Assembly: GCA_963667795.1 (NCBI GenBank)
Contig: OY764017.1
Coordinates: 2,356,079 to 2,420,078 of the forward strand
Source of the DNA: Christensenellaceae bacterium
Lineage (GTDB): Bacteria; Bacillota; Clostridia; Christensenellales; CAG-138
Length of the DNA stretch: 64,000 bases
Reading direction: 5' to 3'
A program made the translations under genes and the position numbers. Within the stretch, counting starts at the first letter, position 1. Every line of letters starts with the position of its first letter. Of this stretch, positions 38,074-46,235 are shown in pieces. The notes beneath the pieces are model-generated. The model saw nothing but the letters and a program-made list of their open reading frames with translations, was not told the origin of the DNA and searched no databases.

Positions 38074-39081
38074 ATGTCCAAGTCATTCATTCCGCAGGGT
38101 TATCGCTCCACACTGGGGCTTTACGACACGCAGAATGCCATCGAAATCATCAAAACGACGTTCCTGGAATCGTTTTCCGCGATTCTGCGCCTCAAGCGCG
38201 TTTCGGCGCCGCTTTTCGTCAACCCGGCTGAGGGATTGAATGACAATTTAAACGGCGTGGAACGTCCGGTGTCGTTTGACATTCCCGCAACGGGCGGCAA
38301 CGGTGAAGTTGTGCAGTCGCTTGCCAAATGGAAGCGCTATGCGCTCGGCCGCTACGGCTTCCGCCCGGGCAAAGGGCTTGTAACCGATATGAACGCAATC
38401 CGGCGCGACGAGGCGCTGGACAACCTCCACTCCGTATATGTTGACCAGTGGGACTGGGAAAAGGTCATCACGCCGGAGGAGCGCAGCATGGAGACGCTGA
38501 AACAGACCGTCGAAAGCATTGTTGACGCGATCTACTATACACAGCAGGTGATCTGCGCAAAATACGATGTGCTCACGCCGTTCGTCAGTCGGGACGTTAC
38601 CTTCGTCACCACACAGGAGTTACTAGACCTCTATCCTGACTGCGATCCGAAAGAGCGGGAATACCGCTTTGTAAAAGAACATCCTACAACATTTATTTCG
38701 GGGATCGGCGGAGAATTGAGTGACGGTAAGCCGCACGACGGACGCGCGCCGGATTATGACGACTGGGACATCAACGGTGATATTTTGTTCTATAATCCAG
38801 TGCTGGACTGTGCATTTGAAGTCTCCAGCATGGGTGTGCGCGTAGACGCAAAGACACTTGACCGTCAACTGACGGTTGCCGGATGCGACAACCGCAGACA
38901 GCTGCCGTTCCACAGGCAGCTTTTGGAAGGCAAATTGCCGCAGACCATCGGCGGTGGAATCGGCCAGTCGAGACTGTGCATGCTGTTGCTCAACAAAGCG
39001 CATATTGGCGAGGTGCAATCTTCGCTTTGGGATGCTGAAACACTGGCGCTGTGCGAGCACGCCGGGGTAACGCTGCTATAA
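38074..39081 (+). CDS. asnA: Aspartate--ammonia ligase (asparagine synthetase A)
   Basis: The start is at MSKSFIPQGY (SD ggaggag). 'LRLKRVSAPLFV', 'DNLHSVYVDQWDWEKV' and 'GGGIGQSRLCMLLL' are present. 335 aa. Confidence 0.9.
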   Translation: MSKSFIPQGYRSTLGLYDTQNAIEIIKTTFLESFSAILRLKRVSAPLFVNPAEGLNDNLNGVERPVSFDIPATGGNGEVVQSLAKWKRYALGRYGFRPGKGLVTDMNAIRRDEALDNLHSVYVDQWDWEKVITPEERSMETLKQTVESIVDAIYYTQQVICAKYDVLTPFVSRDVTFVTTQELLDLYPDCDPKEREYRFVKEHPTTFISGIGGELSDGKPHDGRAPDYDDWDINGDILFYNPVLDCAFEVSSMGVRVDAKTLDRQLTVAGCDNRRQLPFHRQLLEGKLPQTIGGGIGQSRLCMLLLNKAHIGEVQSSLWDAETLALCEHAGVTLL

Positions 39082-39092
39082 ACAAAAATCGA

Positions 39093-39136
39093 AACAGCGG
39101 AGCGGCCCTTCAGGGCCGCTCCGCTGTTTTGGTTTT
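39093..39136 (+). terminator. Rho-independent terminator after asnA
   Basis: cagcggagcggccc-ttca-gggccgctccgctg forms a 14-bp perfect stem and is followed by ttttggtttt. Confidence 0.9.
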
Positions 39137-39288
39137 GCAAGGTGCACGATGCGATCGATTGTGTTCAATATTGTTTTTTGCGAGTGCAATACGCTTAGAA
39201 AAGCATGAAAAAATTACGATGTAACAGAAAATTCCAATGAATGATGCATCTTTTTTGTGAGCGCGTTATGTTTCAATGTAACATTTTG

Positions 39289-39318
39289 TTGCAAAGTTGT
39301 AATTTTCAGCGGTATAAT
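39289..39318 (+). promoter_or_regulatory. Sigma-70 promoter TTGCAA-18-TATAAT, about 220 nt upstream of the SARP-like regulator
   Basis: Read directly from the sequence. It lies in a 450-bp AT-rich intergenic region. Confidence 0.5.
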
Positions 39319-39539
39319 CATACTATAGAATGATAACCGTTCATTTATATGACGCATTACATAGATCATACGGTTGCCGTTTCCTCCTTTTATTTAATAC
39401 CATGTGTCGAAATTTTTTTAATCCTGATGTGACGGAAATATATTTCTAGAACGATCGCTATCCCCGGGCGGAACGCGACACAAATGTGAGCGAACCTGCG
39501 TTGACCGGGCCAATATATGCTATAGGAAGGGTGGACCGT

Positions 39540-40772
39540 ATGCCGGAAGCAAAGATTAAGATTAAGATGTTTGGCAGTTTTGAGATTGTCGTAAAGGGAA
39601 ATGTGGTGCTACCGCAGTTGCGTCAGGCAAAAAAGACCTGTCAACTTTTGGAATATCTGATTCTAAAGAAAGACCGGCCGGTTCCGCATGAAGAACTGTT
39701 GGAAATGCTATGGTCGGACAAGGAAAATCGAAATCCTGCCACGGCCCTCCGAACGCTGCTGCATCGTTACCGTGCGTTGGTCGATCAGAGCGGGTTACCG
39801 GAACTTTCAAATTCTATCCTGACGGCGCGGGGTGCATACCAATGGAACCCGGACCTTGACTGTGAAATCGACGTATTTGAGTTCGAACGACTCTGTCAGG
39901 AGGCGAGAACGCCCGGCATGAGCAGCCGTGACAGCATCGAACGGTATATGCGCATGCTTGAGCTCTATACGGGACCGCTTTTGACCAACTCTGCCGAGGA
40001 GATGTGGGTCGTTCCGAAGAGCGTATATTATCATGACTTGTTTTTGGAAAGCGTATTCACGATGCTCGACCTGCTAAAGTCCGAAGAGGATTACGATATG
40101 ATCGTTCAGGTCTGCCGCAAGGCGATGGATGTGGATATGTTCGACGAGAGACTTCATTTGGAACTTATGATGGCGCTGGTCAAAACCGGTAAAAAACGCG
40201 AAGCGCTTTCACAGTATTATTTTGCGACTGACTTGCAATACAAACAGCTTGGCATTCAGCCGTCCGGTGAAATCCGCGCGGTTTATAAGCACATCGTGCA
40301 GGCGGACCAGGAGATGGAAGCCGACATCGAAAAAGTACAGAACGTGCTTGAAGAGGAGTCCGAAAGTTATGGTGCCTTTGTCTGCCAATATGAGATATTT
40401 AAGGAAATCTATCAGCTGCAACGGCGCATGCTGGAACGGTATAACGGAACGATGTTCCTTGCGCTTTTGACCGTCAGCAACACGTCTGAACAGCAATTTG
40501 AGAACATGGTGCTGGATAACATCATGAAACGGCTTTTGAATGTGGCGCAGACAAACCTTCGCCGCGGGGACACGATATCCCGCTATAGCGTTATGCAATA
40601 CGTCGTGCTCCTGCCGTCGGTTACATATGAGACGGGCCGCGTGGTCATGGATCGTATCAAAAAGGCATTTTACAACGAATATGTAAAATCCTCCGTTGTG
40701 TTGACCTATAAATTGCGTCCGCTTTGTATCAATAAATATGACACGACCGGGCAAAAGCAAATCAACGAATAA
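39540..40772 (+). CDS. SARP/BTAD-type transcriptional regulator (OmpR-like winged helix + BTAD) with a C-terminal degenerate GGDEF domain
   Basis: The start is at MPEAKIKIKMFGSFEIV. The winged helix is 'LLEYLILKKDRPVPHEELLEMLW'. The BTAD region runs 'FEFERL..YMRMLELYTGPLL....LHLELMMALVKTGKKREALSQY'. The C-terminal 'LRRGDTISRYSVMQYVVLLPS' aligns with 'FRTGDLIARIGGDEYTMLMKT' of the in-window cyclase. Confidence 0.75.
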   Translation: MPEAKIKIKMFGSFEIVVKGNVVLPQLRQAKKTCQLLEYLILKKDRPVPHEELLEMLWSDKENRNPATALRTLLHRYRALVDQSGLPELSNSILTARGAYQWNPDLDCEIDVFEFERLCQEARTPGMSSRDSIERYMRMLELYTGPLLTNSAEEMWVVPKSVYYHDLFLESVFTMLDLLKSEEDYDMIVQVCRKAMDVDMFDERLHLELMMALVKTGKKREALSQYYFATDLQYKQLGIQPSGEIRAVYKHIVQADQEMEADIEKVQNVLEEESESYGAFVCQYEIFKEIYQLQRRMLERYNGTMFLALLTVSNTSEQQFENMVLDNIMKRLLNVAQTNLRRGDTISRYSVMQYVVLLPSVTYETGRVVMDRIKKAFYNEYVKSSVVLTYKLRPLCINKYDTTGQKQINE

Positions 40773-40798
40773 CATTCAGTTTTCAGCCCGTGAAATAA

Positions 40799-40828
40799 TA
40801 AAGGAAGCTTAATCAGCTTCCTTTTTTA
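40799..40828 (+). terminator. Rho-independent terminator after the regulator gene
   Basis: aaggaagct-taatc-agcttcctt is followed by tttt. Confidence 0.85.
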
Positions 40829-40883
40829 CCGACATGCGGTGCGAAAGCACTTATAGAAAGAATCATCGCATGGCCAGGTTCGA

Positions 40884-40912
40884 TTGACACCATACTCCTT
40901 GCATGATAGAAT
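40884..40912 (+). promoter_or_regulatory. Near-consensus sigma-70 promoter TTGACA-17-(TGa)TAGAAT for the glycan operon
   Basis: Read directly from the sequence. It lies ~100 nt upstream of the ATG at 41016. Confidence 0.6.
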
Positions 40913-41015
40913 TTTTGCTATAAGCGGGGAAAGAGGCCCGTTTGCTTTGTATAGGCAAAAGCCTGGGAAATACCCTGTATCGAAAGCGGTTTTGCCGCAT
41001 CGAAGAAGGAAGAAC

Positions 41016-42854
41016 ATGTATATTCGCATCAAGCGATTTCTGGACATTGCGTTGTCTCTGATAGGCGGCATAGTCCTTTCACCGTTGCTGCTTGCTTTGA
41101 CGCTCGCGGTCAAGCTCGATTCCAAGGGCCCCGTGCTGTTTAGACAAAAGCGCGTGGGCAAGGGAAAGGCATTTTTTTCGATTTTAAAATTTCGCACAAT
41201 GCGTGTAGATACGCCCTGCGACGTCCCAACGCACCAGCTTTGTGATCCGGAGCGGTGGATTACGCGCGTTGGGCGGTTTTTGCGTAAAACGAGTTTGGAT
41301 GAACTGCCGCAGCTTTGGAATATTTTTGTTGGCGACATGTCTCTTGTCGGCCCACGGCCAGCGCTTTGGAATCAGGACGATTTGATTGCACAGCGGGATC
41401 AATATACCGGCCGGTATGGACTCACACCGAACGACGTTCGACCGGGCCTGACGGGGTGGGCACAAATCAACGGGCGAGACGAGTTGCCGATTTGTGTCAA
41501 AGCGAAGTTTGACGGCGAATACGTAGAGCGAATGGGATTTGGTATGGATTGCCGGTGTCTTTTCGGCACTATTGGCAGCGTGCTGCATCATAAAGGTGTT
41601 CGCGAGGGGGTTGCGGAAGTGAAGGAAGATTTGCGGGTAACGTTGGTGTCCGCTTATTTTGCGCCGGAAATCACGCCGATTACGCATCTGTATGCCGATC
41701 TTGCGGAGGACTTGTGCCGGTACGGCGCGTGCGTAACGGTTGTTACCAACTTGGCCAACCGTGGTCTGGACGAGAAAACCCGCGAAGCATATCTGCAAAA
41801 AACGGATGAAACCGTTGCGGAAGGCTATCGTGTTTTGCGCGTTGGAACAAAATCACGCGAGGGCACAAATTTCTTTCGCCGCGGACTACACTTTTTAGTC
41901 AATACACGCGCGCTGCTCAAGGCGGCCAGAAAAACCAAAGCGGACGTATACCTTCTTGGCAGCATGCCGCCGTTCCTCGGTCTTGTAGGCGCGAAACTCA
42001 GCCGCAAAGCACGCACGGTTTATATCCTTCAGGACATCTTTCCGGACAGCATGGTCGCCATGGGAAAATTTACCGAATGGCATCCGGTTGTACGTGCAAG
42101 CCGCCGGATGGAGCAACATACATACAAGAAGAACTCGGCGTTCGTCACCCTGTCTGAAGATATGAAACGGACGCTGACGGCGAGAGGCATTCCGGAAAAG
42201 AAGATTGCAGTTATCCCAAACTGGGCGGACACGGAAGCGGTTAAGCCGATCAGCCGGGAAGACAATCCGCTATTTGACGAATTGAAATTGCCACGGGATC
42301 ATTTCTATGCGGTCTATGCCGGAACCCTTGGTGTTTTACAGGAGCCGGACACGCTGTTGGACGCGGCGAAACTGCTCAAGCCGAAGAAAGATATCCGTGT
42401 GATCATCTTCGGCGGCGGTGCGTTGTATGAACATGTGCACACACGCATCGAAAACGAAAAGATCAGTAATGTTTTGCTCTATCCGCTACTGCCGGAAGAA
42501 CGGGTTGCGGAGGTATATTCGCTTGGTGATGCCGCGCTGGTTCCGCTGAAAGCGGGGACGACGCGCTTTGCAATGCCTTCTAAGACATGGACGGCGCTTG
42601 CGGCCGGGAGGCCGGTAATCGTCTGTGTAGACGCGGGTAGCGAGTGGGCGCGTTCGATCGAGCGGGAAAGCTATGGCATTTGTGTGCATCCCGGCGAACC
42701 AAGGGAGATGGCGGATGCAATTTTGCGATTGCATGCCTGCGCCTTGCCGCTGAACGAGCTCGGCGAACGTGCGCGCAGCTATGTGTGCGAACATGCGTCC
42801 CGTGAATCGGCGACGCGCGCCTATTATGATTGGTTGACAAAGAAATCGTTATAA
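41016..42854 (+). CDS. Fusion of a small monotopic phosphoglycosyl transferase (Bac_transf/PglC-WbaP C-terminal type) with a GT4 (WcaI-like) glycosyltransferase
   Basis: The N-terminal ~200 aa include 'KRFLDIALSLIGGIVLSPLLL..LFRQKRVG..FSILKFRTM' and 'DELPQLWNIFVGDMSLVGPRP'. From ~41631 a GT-B GT4 domain begins with 'LRVTLVSAYFAPE' and contains 'GDAALVPL'. No stop codon separates the two parts. Confidence 0.8.
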   Translation: MYIRIKRFLDIALSLIGGIVLSPLLLALTLAVKLDSKGPVLFRQKRVGKGKAFFSILKFRTMRVDTPCDVPTHQLCDPERWITRVGRFLRKTSLDELPQLWNIFVGDMSLVGPRPALWNQDDLIAQRDQYTGRYGLTPNDVRPGLTGWAQINGRDELPICVKAKFDGEYVERMGFGMDCRCLFGTIGSVLHHKGVREGVAEVKEDLRVTLVSAYFAPEITPITHLYADLAEDLCRYGACVTVVTNLANRGLDEKTREAYLQKTDETVAEGYRVLRVGTKSREGTNFFRRGLHFLVNTRALLKAARKTKADVYLLGSMPPFLGLVGAKLSRKARTVYILQDIFPDSMVAMGKFTEWHPVVRASRRMEQHTYKKNSAFVTLSEDMKRTLTARGIPEKKIAVIPNWADTEAVKPISREDNPLFDELKLPRDHFYAVYAGTLGVLQEPDTLLDAAKLLKPKKDIRVIIFGGGALYEHVHTRIENEKISNVLLYPLLPEERVAEVYSLGDAALVPLKAGTTRFAMPSKTWTALAAGRPVIVCVDAGSEWARSIERESYGICVHPGEPREMADAILRLHACALPLNELGERARSYVCEHASRESATRAYYDWLTKKSL

Positions 42855-42875
42855 GATGGAAAATGAGAGAAACGG

Positions 42876-43916
42876 ATGGAACGGGGGCGACACGATTTGT
42901 TTGATGGAAAAACACTGCTGATCACAGGTGGCACGGGAAGCTTTGGCAACGCCGTGCTGGAGCGGTTTCTGGATTCCGGCATTCAGGAGATTCGGATTTT
43001 TTCGCGGGACGAAAAAAAGCAGGACGATATGCGACGGCATTATCAAAGCGATAAAATCCGGTATTTTATCGGAGACGTACGCGACATCACGTCCGTGCAG
43101 AATGCAATTTATAATGTCGACTATGTGTTTCATGCGGCGGCTCTGAAACAGGTGCCGTCCTGTGAGTTTTTTCCGCTGGAAGCGGTCAAGACCAACGTAT
43201 TTGGTACGGACAATGTGCTGACTGCCGCAATTGACGCAGGCGTTTCGAGGGTGATTTGCCTTTCAACCGATAAGGCGGCCTATCCGATCAACGCCATGGG
43301 TACGAGCAAAGCCATGATGGAAAAGGTCGTGGTTGCAAAATCGCGTACCGTCTCGCCGGAAAAGACGATGATCAGCTGTACACGGTACGGGAACGTCATG
43401 TGCTCGCGGGGGAGCGTGATTCCACTGTTTATAGAGCAAATCAAGGCAGGCGCACCGCTGACGGTAACGAATCTTGATATGACGCGCTTTATTATGAGCC
43501 TGGATGAAGCGGTGGACCTTGTAGTGTATACGTTTGAACATGGCAATACCGGCGACATTATGGTGCAGAAGGCTCCGGCTTGTACGCTCAGCGTGCTGGC
43601 GCAGGCCGTGAAGGAATTGTTTGATGCGGACAATCCGATTCGTACAATCGGAATTCGGCACGGTGAAAAGATGTATGAAACGCTGTTGACCAATGAAGAA
43701 TGTGCGCGTGCCGTCGATATGGGCGGTTATTTCCGTGTTCCCGCGGACTCACGCGACTTGAATTATGAGAAATATTTTGAGCAGGGCAACGCAGAGCGCA
43801 GCAGGCTTACCGAGTTCAACTCCAACAATACAACGTTGCTCAACGTTGAAGAAGTGAAGGAGCGGTTGCTGAAATTGTCGTATATTCGCGCGGAGCTGGC
43901 CGGGTGGAAGCAATAA
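42876..43916 (+). CDS. fnlA: UDP-N-acetylglucosamine 4,6-dehydratase/5-epimerase (CapE/FnlA/WbjB)
   Basis: 'LLITGGTGSFGNAVLERFLD..IRIFSRDEKKQDDMR', 'HAAALKQVPSCEFFP.EAVKTN' and 'STDKAAYPINAMGTSKAMMEK' are nearly collinear with S. aureus CapE as recalled. Confidence 0.9.
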   Translation: MERGRHDLFDGKTLLITGGTGSFGNAVLERFLDSGIQEIRIFSRDEKKQDDMRRHYQSDKIRYFIGDVRDITSVQNAIYNVDYVFHAAALKQVPSCEFFPLEAVKTNVFGTDNVLTAAIDAGVSRVICLSTDKAAYPINAMGTSKAMMEKVVVAKSRTVSPEKTMISCTRYGNVMCSRGSVIPLFIEQIKAGAPLTVTNLDMTRFIMSLDEAVDLVVYTFEHGNTGDIMVQKAPACTLSVLAQAVKELFDADNPIRTIGIRHGEKMYETLLTNEECARAVDMGGYFRVPADSRDLNYEKYFEQGNAERSRLTEFNSNNTTLLNVEEVKERLLKLSYIRAELAGWKQ

Positions 43917-43995
43917 CAGCTTAAAGCGAATCCATGCCGATACCGAAAGAATGAGTTGACACGCAGGACTGGACATAGGAGAGGACACGGTTAGC

Positions 43996-45114
43996 ATGAA
44001 GATATTGATCACGGGCGCCAGCGGGTTCATCGGCAAGAATCTAATTTCCACACTGAGAACCTATGGATATACCGATATCCTGTATTACGATGCGGACACT
44101 CCTGCGGAACGGCTTGAGCGTTACTGCGCAGAGTGTGAATTCGTCTATCATCTTGCGGGGGTCAATCGTCCCAAGACACAGGATGAATTTATGCAGGGTA
44201 ATTTCGGGTTTACCGACACGCTGCTTCGCACGCTGATCAAATATAGAAACAACTGCCCGATTATGTTTGCAAGCTCCACACAGGCCGCCTTACCGAATCT
44301 TTACGGCAGAAGCAAAAAAGCAGGTGAAGAACTGTTCTTTCAGTATCAGCGCGAGACAGAAGCGAAAGTCTATGTATTCCGATTTCCAAACGTATTTGGT
44401 AAATGGTCGAAACCAAACTACAACAGCGCGATTGCGACGTTTTGCTATAACATTTCACATGATTTACCGATTACGGTCAACGACCCGTCGACCGAGCTGC
44501 ACCTTGCATACATCGACGATGTTGTCGAAGCGCTTATTGCGCTGCTGGATGACGAAACGACGATGGAAGGCCCGTATTGTGTCGTTCCTATGATACATTC
44601 AGCAAAGCTTGGCGATATTGCCGATCGGATTCGTTCGTTCCGAAAGATACGGAAAGAAAATGAACTGCCGGATATGAGTGCACCGCTGACACGCAAGCTC
44701 TATGCAACGTATTTGAGTTTTTTGCCGACCATGGAATTTGCGTATCCACTGACGATGCATGAAGACGACCGCGGGAGTTTTACGGAGTTTTTGCGCTCCG
44801 ACAGCGGTGGACAGGTTTCCGTCAACATCAGCAAACCGGGCATTGTAAAAGGCAACCACTGGCACCACACGAAGACCGAGAAGTTTCTCGTAGTCTACGG
44901 GTCAGGCGTGATTCGTTTTCGCAGTCCTGATGTGGAGGAAGTTTTGGAATACCATGTCAGCGGAAAGAAGCTGGTCGTGGTAGACATCCCGGTCGGGTAT
45001 GCGCACAGCATTGAAAATACGGGTAAATCAGATATGGTGACGCTGATGTGGGCGAGCGAATGCTTCGATCCTGAACATCCGGACACCATTGCAACGGAGG
45101 TTCAACGAGCATGA
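43996..45114 (+). CDS. fnlB: CapF/FnlB/WbjC reductase-epimerase (SDR N-domain + cupin C-domain)
   Basis: 'MKILITGASGFIGKNL', 'HLAGVNRP', 'FGKWSKPNYNSAIATFCYNI' and 'DDRGSFTEF..GQVSVNISKPGIVKGNHWHHTKTEKFLVV' are present. 372 aa. Confidence 0.9.
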   Translation: MKILITGASGFIGKNLISTLRTYGYTDILYYDADTPAERLERYCAECEFVYHLAGVNRPKTQDEFMQGNFGFTDTLLRTLIKYRNNCPIMFASSTQAALPNLYGRSKKAGEELFFQYQRETEAKVYVFRFPNVFGKWSKPNYNSAIATFCYNISHDLPITVNDPSTELHLAYIDDVVEALIALLDDETTMEGPYCVVPMIHSAKLGDIADRIRSFRKIRKENELPDMSAPLTRKLYATYLSFLPTMEFAYPLTMHEDDRGSFTEFLRSDSGGQVSVNISKPGIVKGNHWHHTKTEKFLVVYGSGVIRFRSPDVEEVLEYHVSGKKLVVVDIPVGYAHSIENTGKSDMVTLMWASECFDPEHPDTIATEVQRA

Positions 45115-46235
45115 CGAAATTAAAGCTCATGACGGTGCTTGGCACACGACCGGAAATCATCCGCCTTTCGGCGGTGATTCCATGTGCGGACAAATACTTC
45201 CACCATATTCTGGTTCATACCGGACAGAACTACGATTATACGCTCAATAAAATTTTCTTTGACGATCTTGGTCTGCGTGCGCCGGACTACTACCTGGAAA
45301 GCGTCGGCAAGGACCTTGGTGAAACCATGGGCAATATCATTGCCAAGTCCTATGAAGTCATGCAGCGTGAAAAACCGGACGCACTTTTGGTGCTTGGAGA
45401 CACCAACTCCGCGCTGGCGGCGATTTCAGCAAAGCGGCTGAAGATACCGATTTTCCATATGGAGGCGGGCAACCGCTGCTGGGACTGGAACGTCCCCGAA
45501 ATGGTCAATCGCGTCATCGTAGACCGCATCAGCGACGTAAACATGCCGTACACGGAGCATTCCCGCCGATACCTGCTTTCGGAAGGATACGACGGAAAGT
45601 TTCTCTTCGTCACCGGATCGCCCATGCGTGAGGTGCTTGAAAAACAGAAGAACAAGATCCTCCAAAGCGACGTTCTTTCCCGTCTTGGATTGGAAGAGAA
45701 AAAATACATCCTACTTTCGGCACATCGTGAAGAAAACATTGACGACGAGGGACACTTTTTGTCACTCATGCGCGCGATCAACGATATTGCCGAGACCTAC
45801 GATATGCCGGTCGTTTATTCCACACACCCGCGAAGCAGGAAGTTCATCGAACAGCGCGCGTTTCGTTTTCACCCGAACGTCCGCTCGCTGGAACCGTTTG
45901 GCTTTTTCGACTATAACCGTTTGCAGCTTTCTTCGTACTGTGTGCTTTCCGACAGCGGGACGCTTTCGGAAGAAAGCGCCATGCTGGACTTTCCAGCCGT
46001 ACTGATCCGAACGTCCACCGAACGCCCGGAAGCGCTGGATGCGGGAACGATCGTGCTTGGCGGTGTAACGCGCAAGAGTGTCGAACAGGCGATGGCGCTG
46101 GCCGTCTCCATGTTTGAAAACCATGAACCGACCGCCATGCCGGACGACTATCAGGATGTCAATGTCAGCGTAAAGGTCGTCAAGATTATTGAAAGCTACG
46201 CAGACATCGTTATGCGCACAACCTGGGGCAGGTAA
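45111..46235 (+). CDS. fnlC: UDP-N-acetylglucosamine 2-epimerase, non-hydrolysing (CapG/FnlC/WbjD)
   Basis: 'VLGTRPEIIRLS', 'HTGQNYDY', 'LGDTNS' and 'HMEAGNRC' are present. 374 aa. It overlaps fnlB by 4 nt. Confidence 0.85.
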   Translation: MTKLKLMTVLGTRPEIIRLSAVIPCADKYFHHILVHTGQNYDYTLNKIFFDDLGLRAPDYYLESVGKDLGETMGNIIAKSYEVMQREKPDALLVLGDTNSALAAISAKRLKIPIFHMEAGNRCWDWNVPEMVNRVIVDRISDVNMPYTEHSRRYLLSEGYDGKFLFVTGSPMREVLEKQKNKILQSDVLSRLGLEEKKYILLSAHREENIDDEGHFLSLMRAINDIAETYDMPVVYSTHPRSRKFIEQRAFRFHPNVRSLEPFGFFDYNRLQLSSYCVLSDSGTLSEESAMLDFPAVLIRTSTERPEALDAGTIVLGGVTRKSVEQAMALAVSMFENHEPTAMPDDYQDVNVSVKVVKIIESYADIVMRTTWGR

